This document shows, in pieces, positions 26,997 through 40,530 of a stretch of 64,000 nt of DNA (positions within the stretch are counted from its first letter, which is position 1; every line of letters starts with the position of its first letter). The notes under the pieces were generated by a model. That model was given only the letters and a program-made list of their open reading frames with translations, made no database searches and had not been told where the DNA came from. The position numbers and the translations under genes were made by a program. Origin of the DNA: the human T2T-CHM13v2.0 reference genome, Homo sapiens. Where the stretch lies: the NCBI RefSeq assembly GCF_009914755.1, contig NC_060932.1, one strand, 5' to 3'.

Positions 26997-28059
26997 TTAC
27001 ATAACACATGTAGACAGATATAGGATTTAAATATATAAAAAGATCTGATAGCAAAAAAGAGACTCAGTTGCAAGTTGAAATACACCAAAAATGTTTACAG
27101 TAGTTGTCTTTTTTTGTTGTATGATTAAAAGTGTTTGTTTTATTCTTGATGTCTTTTTTGCACATATAATTTTTCTTAAGTATATGTAGATGGCATTTTT
27201 AAATTAAATCTTAACATGTTTATTATTTTTGAATGAAGAAAATATATACAAACCCACTCTATTATTAATCACCATAGAAAGACTAATTTCAAATTTAATA
27301 AAGTAGTAATTTTGGTTATGTTAAATCATAAAAAAAATTAGCATTAGATTATATGAGATTTCTTGGGTTTATTAACAGTCTTCCTCTGGGATAAATTATT
27401 TAACTTTCTAGAATTGGTAGAAGTTTAAAGAATGGAAAAACTTATAATTTCTTTTTCTTAGTTGTGTGGATATATTAAATCCTACAGCTGAAAACTACAT
27501 CTTCTCCCCACATGGAAAATATTTAAGAAATAATACCTCAGTTTCCCTAGATTCAAATGGAGATATTAAAAGTCCCACAGATTTATTCATTATTAACTAT
27601 GAAAGTACTTTAACATGTGATTTGCACCCTCCTTTTGAAAAGCAGCTTTAGTTTTATTTGCAGGCCATACTCATCAGTGTTAAAAAAGAAAGAACATTTC
27701 AGTAAATACCAAGTAACTATAGCATCAGTCTAAAACGTGCTATCAGAGTGCTTTAGTACATTATAGAAAGTAGGGCTCTTTTGAGCCTCCGGTTCTGCAT
27801 CTGTGGTCCAACAAGACTGTGGAGGATTTAAATTCCTCTCTGTGCATTGCAGGATACCTCTGGAGACGAATGATCTGGCAATGTGTGGAGTCCAGCAGGC
27901 AATCACTGTAACGCGTGAACTGCAGTGCAGGCTTGTGAAGTATCAAAAAGTCTTTTTCACAAAACTTCTCTGAGCCAGCCTAAAAATTGAAGGTACTCTT
28001 TCAATGCTGTCTCTTCAAATATAAAAATTATGTAAATCATAAATATAAAGCGTCTTACA

Positions 28060-28428
<369 letters not shown>

Positions 28429-29899
28429 TCAAGTTTGCCACATTACATGACCTTGAATAAAGTTATTTGACCTTCGAATATCTCATTTGCATCATCAATA
28501 AAATTAGGCTAATAACACTGCTTTTTGCTACCTCACAAGGCTGCTGAAAGTCTCAAATGACTGGAAATATAGCTTGAAAAGGATAAGAGAACAATTAAAA
28601 TAAGGTCATGTGACTTTTTAATCTTCAAATATCAAATTACTTATAGACTCTTTTCATGTTTGAAATAAGAAAGTGCTTTTTTTAAAAAACGTGATTTTTA
28701 AAAATCCACAACATCTCTTAAAGAGAACAAAACAATAGAATAACTTTTTTACATTGGACAACTTTTTTGGGTTTTGTTTTTGTTTACTGTCAGACAGCTG
28801 TGTCAAACGAAATATTTCAACTCCATGATAAACTTCAAAATAGAAGTTGAATATTTGCTTTTTTGTTAATATGTACATAGGGCTGGTAAGTCTAGATAGC
28901 CATCTGTCCCCAGACCCCAGGAAGAATGATACCACTGAAAAGTCCTTAGCATGGAATTCAAAACCAGCAGACTTGGTTCATTTTAGTCTTATGAGGTTGG
29001 CTATTTACATATCAAGACCTTCCTCTGCATTTCCTCCTAAACCTGCTCCCCCACAGAACTGTAGATTCCTTGGGAGAAGAGAAAGTATCTTATTCATCTT
29101 TCGACCCCTCCCTGTTTTATAATATAGAACTTTGCAAATTGTAGATACAAATAGTAGCTTGCGAAGTGAATGCATAATTACCATTTCTCTGCTTGTAGCT
29201 GTATTGAGAACTAGCATTTGCTGGGCATGTGTTAAGTGCTTTGTCACTGTGCTAATTACTTTACAGACAAGTCTCCCTGAACCTCCAGGGAGATGTTACT
29301 AGCAAAACTTAGGATCTAGTAAGCGTGAAATAAATATTAACTGTAATTAAGATAATGATCATTCTTATTACGCCCCTTTAAGAGATGAAGAAACTAGTTT
29401 CAGGGAGGCAAAGCTGGCCAAGGTCACAGGTTCACAGTTAATAGTGAAGCAAAGTGAGGACTTAAAAGCAGACCTATGTGGTGTCAGACCTTGTATTTAG
29501 CCATTTGACCCTACTGCCTGCCCACAGGAGATGAGGTTATGAGTGGAATATTGCTCCAGGACAGAGGTACCACCTTCGTCTGTTACGACAAAATTGCCCA
29601 TCCCTCTCTGTGGCTTGGCAGACTTTCCAAAGAGTCTATGAATTGTGGGGAGGTTTTACTAACGGTGTGTCTCCTCCATGGGACCCAGTTTGGGACTGCT
29701 GTCTTCTCATTCTGCTGCTCTCACTTACTGGGCTTCACAATATGTGCTTTGGGATTTCTCGCTGCAAGCAGATTGAATTTCTGTATAAGTAGGTGGTGAT
29801 ACTCATCAGTTTATGTGCTATGATATTCCTTTGTATCATTGAAGAGAGTCTCAGTCTTTCTTATTTCATGAAGTATTAATTATATTCTTTATAAAATGA

Positions 29900-30570
29900 A
29901 TATTATGTTTATTTTAGAGAGCTTATTAAGACAGAAAAGCAACAAGGAGAATCAATACTCATCCATAACCACACTACTGACTGCTGTCTACAAATTAGTA
30001 GATGTCCTTTTCTATGTATAATATGATGTGTCAATGTATATAAATGTGTAAGTTTTGTGTATATACAAACCATACACACAATGGTGTCATATCTAAAAAA
30101 CATACATGTTAGGTAATTCTTTTTTTGACTAAATAATACATTTTGGGCCTCTTTCCATTACATAAAATATGATTTAAAATTATCATGTAAGTAGTTAAAT
30201 AATAATGCTTTGTTTAAATATGTAGTTTATTTAAGACATCCTCTATTAAATTTATTTTTAATTATAAACACAATGCTGCAAGGAATATCATTGTAGCTGA
30301 ATATTTATCCACATCATTAATGATTTCCTTAAAATGACTTCTAGATTTTGTCTCATCCAATTTTCTAGTTTTACACAGAGGGAAAGGTTATACATTTGTT
30401 TTAATCTGTAGTTGAGTATACACAGTTGAGTACACACAGCTAAGACATGTAGTGGCTTGGATTTTAACTTCCAATCTGTGTGCCTTAAAGTCCCTACACT
30501 TCCCAATATACCATATGGTACACTTCCCAGAATACTGGTCAAAAAACTATGTACAATTTACACGCCCAAA
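29900..30570 (-). mobile_element. L1ME-type 3' region remnant
   Basis: tataaacacaatgctgcaaggaatatcattgta ... tgtacaatttacac. Confidence 0.55.
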
Positions 30571-31927
30571 TTGTACAAGGGGATTTTTAAAGGAGAAGTA
30601 GGAGTACTTATCTCAGGGAAATTGTCATTTTGATGATGTGTTTATATCTCAGAATGATAGTTGCACTTAAATGTTTAATTTTCAAAATGCTAGGGGGAGC
30701 TTGACACGCAGTCTCTAAACTGCAGAGGTCTAACCATGAAGTATATTGGCCTTTCTAATGGGCTCGGCAAATTTAGGGGGAAGAAAAATGCATCTATTGA
30801 TTTGGCTCAGCTGTCTCAATTTGGGAGCTGTCCCAGTAATCTCATTACTAGGGTATGTATGCTTTTATTCCCTCAGCAACAGAATTAAGTCTATATATAG
30901 AGCCAGCAGCTGCATTCTCAGCAAGACCTCAAGGTATCGAATGCCCTCCGGAGCTCTCCACTACTCATTTTCATTAACACAAGGCACTGATGACAAATAT
31001 CTTTTTCTTGACCCACACGTTATTTTCAGTCCAAAGATCTATTTTTCTCCTTTGCATATCTTTGTCTAAACTAGCACAGATTTTTTTAAAAATCATTTCC
31101 AGATTCAGGCCTTACATGCTTTGATTTTGGTAGAGATTTAAATATATTCAAGCACATCTTTCTTTTTACCTGACTCATGAAATCACCAGATTGGCCCTCA
31201 GAAGATTTTATGGATTGAATACAAAGAAAACTGTAATTACTAATAAATAAATAAATAAATAATAAAAATACAAAATGTATAGTATGTTTAATTGTCCTTT
31301 CCATCACAGAAATTAATTTTTAAATGACCACAAAAATGTTTTTGCTCACCAATAAAACCTTTTTTTATGCTATTCCTTGATATTTTTCTCTTTTCTGCAA
31401 GAAAAAATATGCTTATGTGCAGAAAGTCTGGCTTGCTCAAGTCTGCATTTCACCCTCACTTGCCATATGCAATGCATAAATTTATAATGTGTTAAGCTTC
31501 GAGAACAGCTGACGACAAATTTCAGCTTTCCGACCTGGGTTTAATTCCACCTAGACGCTCTGTCCCCTTATATCAGCTGTGTGTGTTGTGAAATGCTTTT
31601 ATGACGAATCAAATATCTTCTGCTGCAAAGATTTCAAGGGCTTTTAGTGAAAATGAAAACCTGTGTTAATAAGAACTTGAGAAGTGCTAACGAATCGTGT
31701 TTGTCTCAATGCCACTTTTTTTTTTCTGTCTTATCCTTGAAAGGTCATGAGCTTTCAGAGTGGAGGTTTCCTCCATGACCAAATTCTATGACATTTACAT
31801 GAAATGTTGGGTTATAAAATACCTGTTTAAACACTAATATTAGTCCTCACACTATTATCTTTTGCTTTCTATTGTCCCAAGCAGAAACACTGTTTAATTT
31901 ATTTCCATGTGCTCGATGCAAAATCTC

Positions 31928-31972
31928 TTTTTAGTAGCAAGAGATTAAATATAAATCTCTTGCTACTAAAAA
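31928..31972. repeat. Perfect 19-bp inverted repeat with 7-bp spacer
   Basis: tttttagtagcaagagatt-aaatata-aatctcttgctactaaaaa. Confidence 0.97.
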
Positions 31973-32289
31973 TTAGGCCAATTTAAAGGAGGAAGAGATT
32001 ATCTGATTCAATGTCATTGTATTAAAAAAAAGGGAAGTTAATGCCACACAACCCGATCATAACAGAGCTGAGGCTAAAGTCTAGGGATTTTAAGTATCTT
32101 CCTTAATAATGCACAGGATATCCTTGATCTTTCTTAAATACTAAAGTATAAATAGAAAATCCATTTGCCTATTTAAATTATCTTGTTTTTTTTTTTAATT
32201 TTTTTTGAAAAGCAGACTGAGAAGATCACAATTAGTAGCCCAGCAAAGAAAGTGTTTTGCTTATTTGGTTGAAAATCTTTTACTTCTAA

Positions 32290-32690
32290 CTGGGTGATAC
32301 TCTGGAAAAGGTAAAAACCATAGAGCTAATAAAAAGATCAGTGGTTGCCAGGGGTTGGTAGAGAGAGACGGATGAATAGACATAGCACAGAAGATTTTTA
32401 GGGTACTGAATCTATTCTGCGTGATACTGTAATGGTGAGTATATGTCTTATCCATTTGTCCAAATCCATAGAATGTACAATACCCAGAGTAAACCCAAAT
32501 ATAAGCAATGGTCTTTATGTGACGATGTGTCAGTATAGGTCATCAATTGTCACAAATGCACCACTCTGGTGGGGAATGTTCATGGTGGGGAGGCTGTGCC
32601 TGTGTAGGGGCAGGAGTAGATGAAAACTCTCTGTACCTTCTGCTCAATTTTTCTGCTAACCTAAAACTACTCTTTAAAACATCTTTTAAA
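32290..32690 (+). mobile_element. L1MC1-type 3' end
   Basis: aaaagatcagtggttgccagggg ... ccatagaatgtacaataccc ... ctctctgtaccttctgctcaattt. Confidence 0.88.
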
Positions 32691-32884
32691 AATATCTTAC
32701 AAACTAATATGTCAAATCAAATTAAAATTAGATACCTGTAAATCCAAATAAAAAGAAAGATTTAAGCTGATTCTAAACAATACACCATCATGGGTTTGAG
32801 AGTTTGAAATAATGACAGAGATGGTCAGCAGTTCACTAAGATACCTAAAAAAACTTTTATAACAGAAACTTAAGGGGACTTCCT

Positions 32885-33173
<289 letters not shown>

Positions 33174-33825
33174 AAGGGACTTCCTAAAATGATGGCATCT
33201 AGAATAAAAACATCTCAGTCTCTCTTTTAAAGATATATTGAAATGATCAGAGGATAAAAAATATTAGGAGAAAATATGTATCAGCACTGGAAACTAAAAC
33301 ATGCTGTCCACATACTCTAAGACATAAAGGTGTTTTCTCCTAAATTCAGTATAAATAGGAATATGCTAAGTAGAGACACACCAAGGGCCAACTCACAACT
33401 GCTCCCCTCAGAAAAGTATTATAATTCCAAATACATTCACAAAAGACATACTAGCAGAACACAGAAAACAAATCCCAAATTGCAAGGGCAAAGGTAAGAT
33501 ACTAATATATAGCAGAATATTCTGACCCAACTGTGCTAGGAGACCCCAGGGAGAGGTTTGCTACAGCAAAATATGAAAACGGACCCTTATTTCTACAAGA
33601 AGATAGTTGTACCATGGTAACACACAAAAATGCGTTTTTGCTATGTGACCTGAAGCTAGGTAAGTATTATTTTTGTGCCTTTCATTTTCTCAAAGATAGA
33701 AATGATAATAAAGATACTGATTTCACAGGTTTGTGGAAAGGAAGAAATGAAACCATATAGGCAAAGTGTTAATCAAGGTGCATAGTTTTAAATCAACACA
33801 CAGTATGTGGTAGCCACTATAATAA

Positions 33826-33862
33826 TTGTCGTTGTCGTCATCGTCATCATCATCGTCATCTT
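33826..33862. repeat. (GTC/ATC)n trinucleotide repeat at a MIR tail
   Basis: Direct reading. Confidence 0.8.
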
Positions 33863-34261
33863 CACAGTGTTTATCACCTTCAGAGGCATGGACTTTGCAT
33901 TTTGACAGTAGTAAAAGGAAAAAAGCTGGAGGAGCTTTCCTATGCAGAGATAGCACCGAACAGAAAATTAGCTTCAGAAAGCTTGCCCCTAGTGATAGAT
34001 TTCTGCAACAACGTGGTATGGAAACTAAAAGTCCCTCATGCTTTAACTGAAATTAAGTGCCTCATCACTAGTCTCAGAATTTTGGGATCAAAGAAACAGT
34101 GACATAAATACAAATCAACAAGTCCTTCAATTTGAGATCTGAGAAAGTATTTGAAAAGTGCGTAAGAAGGGGCTGTCTCTTAGAACACAATACCAAAATA
34201 GAATTATCCTCATCCTATCTAAATATCAAAGAACACAAATACAAAACCAATACAAAGCCTG

Positions 34262-34596
34262 CAATAAGCTGAATAATGTCCATCCAAAGATGCATACATC
34301 CTAATCTCAGAATTGTTAAATATGTTGTTGCCTTATATGGTAAAAGATAACAATGGATATGATTAAGTTCAGGATCCTGAGATAGGAAGGTTATCATGGA
34401 TTATTAAGGCAGACCCAATGGAATCAGGAGGAATCCTTATACAAGAAAGGCAGGAGGATTAGCATTACCAGCAAGAGATGTGACAACAGAATCAAGAAGT
34501 TGGAAGTGGTCACTAGGCAAGGAACACAAGATGGTCTCTAGAAATGGTAAAGAAATGGATTGTTTCCTCTGAATTTCCATAAGGAACCAGCCCTTT
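34262..34596 (+). mobile_element. MLT1D-type LTR, 3'-truncated by L1
   Basis: ctgaataatgtccatccaaagat...gattaagttcaggatcctgagat...aaggaaccagccct. Confidence 0.8.
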
Positions 34597-37150
34597 AAAA
34601 ATGGTTATTTGAAAAGATAAATACAATTGATAGACCATTAGCAACATTACCCAAGCAAAGAAGAGAGAAGATCCGAATAAACTGAATTGGAATGAAATGG
34701 GAGATATTACAACTGACACCACAGAAATACAAAGATCATTCAAAGCTACTGTGAACACCTTTACATGCATAAACTAGAAAACCTAGAGGAGATGGATAAA
34801 TTCCTGGAAAGATACATCCCTCCCTAGCTTAAATGAGGAAGAATTGGAAACCCTGAACAGACCAATAAGAAGCGGTGAGATTGGAATTGTAATAAAAAAA
34901 TTACCAACAAAAAAAGTCCAGGACCAGATGGATTCGGTAGCTGAATTCTATCAGACATTCAAAGAAGAATTGGTACCAATCCTATTGACACTATTCCACA
35001 AGATAGAGAAAGAGGGAATTCTCCCTAAATCATTCTATGAAGCCAGTATCACCCTAATACGAAAACCAAGAAGGACATAACAAAAAAAGGAAACTACAGA
35101 CCAATATCCCTGATTAACATAGATGCAAAAATCCTTAACAAAATACTACCTAACAAAATCCAACAACATACCAAAATATAATCCACCATGATCAAGCGAG
35201 TTTCATACCAGGATGCAGGGATGGTTCAACATATGCAAGCCAATAAATGTGATACACCACAAAAACAGAATTAAAAACAAAAATCACATGATAATCTCAA
35301 TAGATGCAGAAAAAGCATTTGACAAAATCTAGCATCGCTTCATGATTAAAAACCTCACCAAAATTGGCATACAAGGGACATACCTCAATGTAGTAAAAGC
35401 CATCTATGACAAACTCACAACCAACATAATACCGAATGGGGAAAAGTTGAAAGCATTCCCTCTGAGGACTGGAACAAGACAAGGATGCCCACTCTCACCA
35501 CTTCTATTCAACATAGTACTGGAAGTCCTAGCCAGAGCAATCAGCCAAGAGAAAGAAATAAAGGGCATCCAAATCAGTAAAAAGGAAGTCAAAGTGTCAC
35601 TGTTTGCTGACAATATGATTGTTTACCTAGAAAGCCCTAAAGTCTCCTCCAGAAAGTTCCTAGAACTGATAAATGAATTCAGCAAAGCTTCAGGATATGA
35701 AATTAATGTACATAAACCAGTAGCTCTGCTACACACTAACAGCAACCACGCTGAGAATCAAATCAAGAATTCAACCTTTTTACAATAGCTGCAAAAAAAA
35801 AAAGAAATACTTAGGAATATACCTAATCAAGGAGGTGAAAGACCTCTACAAGAAAAACTACAAAACACTGCTGAAAGAAATCATAGATGACACAAACAAA
35901 TGGAAACACATTCTATGCTCATGGATAGGTAGAATCGATATTGTGAAAATGACCACACTGCCAAAAGCAATCTACAAATTCAGTGCAATTCCCATCAAAA
36001 AACCACCATCATGTATCACAGAACTAGAAAAAACAATCCTAAAATTCACATGGAACCATAAAAGAGCCTGCATAGCCAAAGCAAGACTTTTTGGTTAAAA
36101 GTCTTTTTGGTTAAAAGAGCAAATCTGGAGGCATTACATGATTTCAAACTATACTATAAGGCCATAGTCACCAAAACTGCATGCTACTGGTACAAAAATA
36201 GGCACATAGACCAATGGGACAGAATAGAGCACCCATAAATAAACCCAAATACTTACAGCCAACTGATTTTTGACAAAGCAAACAAAAGCATAAAATGGAG
36301 AAAGGACACCCTATTCAACACATGGTGTTGGGATAACTGGTAAGCCACATGTGAGAGAATGAAACTGGATCCTCATCTCTCACCTTATACAAAAATCAAC
36401 TCAAGATGGATCAAGGACTTAGATCTAAGACCTGAAACTATAAAAATTCTAGAAGATAACATCAGAAAAACCCTTCTAGACATTGGCTTAGGCAAAGACT
36501 TCATGACCAAGAATCCAAAAGCAGATGCAACAAAAACAAAAATAGGTAGGACTTAATTAAACTAAAGAGCTTCTGCACAGCATAAGGAAAAGTCAGCAGA
36601 GTAAACAGACCCACAGAATGCAAGAAAATCTTCATAATCTATACATCCAACAATGGACTAATATTTAGAATCTGCAAGGAACTCAAACAAATTAGCAAGA
36701 AAAAGCAATCCCATCAAAAAGTGGGCTAAAGACGTAAATAGGCAATTCTCAAAAGAAGATATACGAAAGGCCAACAAACATATTTAAAAATGCTCAACAT
36801 CACTAATGATCAGGGAAATGCAAATCAAAACTACAATGTGATACCGCTTTACTCCCTCAAGAATGACTATAAAAAAAACCCAAAAAATAATAGATGCTGG
36901 CATCTATATGTAGAAGGGAACACTTCTACACTGCTGGTGGGAATGCAAATTAGTACAACCACATGGAAAACAGTGTGGAGATTCCTTAAAGAACTAAAAG
37001 TAGAATTACCATTTGATCCAGTAATCCCACTACCCAGAGGGAAAAAAAAGTATCTACCCAGAGGAAAAAAAAGTCATTATACAAAAAAGATACTTGCACA
37101 CGCATGTTTATAGCAGTACAATTTGCAACTGCAAAAATATAGAGCCGGCC
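34597..37150 (+). pseudogene. Disrupted L1 ORF2 (reverse transcriptase and C-terminus)
   Basis: Split into ORFs 34844-35080, 35342-35788, 35835-36098 and 36359-36556 by stops and frameshifts; catalytic FADD reads FADN. Confidence 0.92.
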
Positions 37151-37570
37151 CAAATGCCCATCAATCAATGAGTGGATAAGAAATCTGTGGTGTATACATA
37201 TATACAATGGAATACTACTCAGCCATAAAAGGAAATGAATTAATGGTGTTCACAGCCCGAATGAAATTAGAGACTATTATTCTAAGTGAAGTATCTCAGG
37301 AATGGAAAACAAACATCGTATGTTCTCACTCATAAGTGGGAGCTAAGCTATGAGGATGCAAAGGCATAAGATTGATAAAATGGACTTTGGGGACTCAGGA
37401 GAAAGGGTGGGAAGGGGTTGAGGGATAAAAGACTACAAATTGGGTTCAGTGTATACTGCTTTGGTGATGGGTGCACTAAAATCTCATAAATCACCACTAA
37501 AGAACTCAGTCATGTAACCAAATACCACCTGTTCCCCAAAAACCTAAGGAAATAAAACATTTAAAAATAA
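34597..37570 (+). mobile_element. L1PB1-like LINE-1, 5'-truncated (~3 kb of ORF2 plus 3'UTR)
   Basis: ORF2 peptides in the ORF track ([67 protein letters not shown]); L1PB-type 3' end gataaaagactac...cacctgttccccaaaaacct. Confidence 0.95.
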
Positions 37571-37812
37571 ACAAAATACATGACACAAAAAAATTACTGA
37601 AATAATGATAAAAGAGACAAATTCACATACTCTCTTAATAGTTGATCTAACAAAAAGACAAAAACCTAGTAGGGAGTAAGCATAGAAGATCTAAACAACA
37701 AAATTTAAAATTTGATATCATGGACATATTACCGTATCCCATAATGACAGAATTTAGATTGTTTTAAAGTTCAGACAGAATGCTTACTAAAATTTAATAA
37801 ATTCTGGGCCAT
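37571..37812 (+). mobile_element. Ancient L1M ORF2 endonuclease-region fragment
   Basis: atagaagatctaaacaaca...tttgatatcatggacatat...attctgggccat. Confidence 0.65.
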
Positions 37813-39459
37813 GGGAGAATTGAAAGGTTAGCAAATGATCACATAAAAAAATACAAAATATAGAGTAGTCATCATGTCCCATCTGGCTGATGCACCAAGC
37901 AGCCAGCAAGGTCAAGGTCTTTAATTCTTCTCCCACCACCACTCACACCAGAGGAATTAGTTGTCCTTATCTCCTCTAATCCAGCCTCACGTATTTTATC
38001 AGGGAATACTCAACATGCTGTTTAAGAGGAAGACGTTAGTTACATTGAATTTGGAAAATGTATACACTCATGTGTTAAAGTGAAAACTTTCTTCACAGCA
38101 TAATCTTCCACTTTAGAAGACAAGACCATAGCAAAAGATAAAAGCACAAACTGTGGACCTACTCTATTACTATTTATACGAATACTTCAATAAACATGAA
38201 AAAGATTCAGGATAAATTGGAAAACAGATGAGACATTAGAACAATTGTGAATTAAGACTTTCAAAGATCAACCAGGACATATGGTCATGCCAATCTTGCC
38301 CCACCCTAAAAAGCAGTGGATTTTTTTTTCAGCTTGCTTATTTACCAATAAAGAGAAGCAGATGTATTGATTGCCTTTATCACTGTTCTCCTCCCACCAT
38401 GCATAATGGGCAAATTCTCTTTTCAGTTTAACAGCTGGGGACAGGATGACAGGCACAGCTCTCAGCTAATTTCCTCTTCTGAGTCTTGCTTCTTGATTCT
38501 CATTATTTCAAGCTAGAATAGTCTGCATATGTAAGGCTGAATTCCCAAATATCATTCATAGAGTACATTAGAGATTTAATTGAAGAAACTAAATCTCCTA
38601 AGATGCTATCAGTCTTTATTCCCTCCTTAAATGCAAGTTTTCTAGGTGCCCCAAATACATATCTTCCTTTATGAAAGAAAGGACAAAAATAACCTGGATT
38701 TTGAAAAGCAGCACCCATACCACAGAGGGACCATTTTCTGGCAGTAACAGATTTGGGATGTTTAAGTGTGTATGGCAGAGGGGAATTGATTGCAACTATT
38801 ATAACCATTATGATTATGGGTATTACACTGCAACTCTTTTCTAAATAGTTTTAATACTCTTACTTGGCATAGATGTTTTCATTGACCTGGTTCAGTTTGC
38901 TTCCCCTTAATTCCTTATAGATGCTGGTAGGCTATCTGCAAGGCTTAAGTATAGGTTCTTCTGTGGTTTCATGTATTTTTGCCTCCATGGGTATTTTACT
39001 GAGAAATTGGGGAAGATTAACCAGAGGTTCATAGCTGGATTCCATTATAAAGTGGAGGTGCCTGAATCAATGATTTTTAATCAACGGTCATGAGCAATGT
39101 GCACTAAAGCTGATTAGAACTCATTAAAATGCCGTTTCTTTAAATATAGTATTTCTGCTTTACTCTGTACCTCTATTGTAGTGTCACAGGCCATCAGATA
39201 TGCTGAAAGATCACTCTAGTTTCCAGAATTAAGACTGACACCACTTAACTACAATTCACCAAGACAATGGTTTACAAACAATTTTGGCTCTCCCCGCTCC
39301 ACACCAAGAGAAAATATCTTATATTTCGCAATACATTTGACTAATTGCAAAAATAATTTTAAAACTTGATTTAATCAAAGGCTCTGAAAAATATAATTCA
39401 CAGTAGTTTTACTCTTGTTCCCACATAGAAAACAGAGTTAAAGTTAGTTCTATTTTTTC

Positions 39460-39782
<323 letters not shown>

Positions 39783-40324
39783 TGAGAATTTTCCTTCACC
39801 AACCTAAGCCCTATCAATATTTAATAGGTCCCATTTTAATCATGTGAAAACACAAGACTCATATATACATTGAATCTATTTACTAAAATTTACACAAATT
39901 TAATTAAAACAGAAAATTTTTACACCCTCTGTATTAACAGATTCTATCTTATGACTCTATCAATGTATAGAATTATTTAAATTCACTTCCTCCGTGTCAT
40001 AAAATGTGAGTCATAAGCCATCTCTCTAACACAGAATACATTACTAGAGACATGACATTTTCTGTTCTCATGTGTGCTGGAATGGGTAAAATTCCATTTT
40101 ATAGTTGAGGGAATAGGTGATAGTCATCTTTTTTCTTTTTTATTCACCCACTGAATTTTCTCAAAAATTTTAAAAAGATACACCCACTCATTTTAATAGG
40201 CCTTTGGAAGGGTAGTGCGAGGGGCCTTGGTCTGATAGAAGGAAGGAAAGTACATAACAAAAATAGAGGCATTCCTTTTGAGCATATCGCCCTTTCTCAA
40301 AAAATTGCAGATTTTTACTTGGTT

Positions 40325-40530
40325 CTTTCTCTTTCTTTTCTTTTTCTTCCTTTCTTTCCTCCTTTCTTATCCTTTTAAATAATTAGGATCTTGCTCTGTT
40401 GCCTAAGCTGGAGTGCAGTGGCACAATCATAGCTCCCTGCAGCCTCAAACTACTGGACTCAAGCGATCCTCTGACCTCTCAAAGCCTCTCAAAGGGCTGG
40501 GATTACAGGATTCAGCCACCATGCCCAGCC
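40325..40530 (-). mobile_element. AluJ-type monomer (left/right-arm hybrid or FRAM) with CT-rich tail
   Basis: Right-arm 3' part runs directly into left-arm-type caaagggctgggattacagg. Confidence 0.8.

Noticed and set aside
29729-29780. Possible 52-bp minus-strand exon (donor cca|GTAAGT)
   Set aside because: The polypyrimidine tract is weak, the peptide is unrecognised, and I found no partner exons.
33723-34050. Poly-Asp and poly-Ser ORFs
   Set aside because: They come from the (GTC/ATC)n microsatellite at a MIR tail.
35342-35788. Reverse-transcriptase-like ORF as a novel RT system (retron/DGR-like)
   Set aside because: It is an ordinary decayed LINE-1 ORF2 with stops and frameshifts, and its FADD motif is mutated to FADN.
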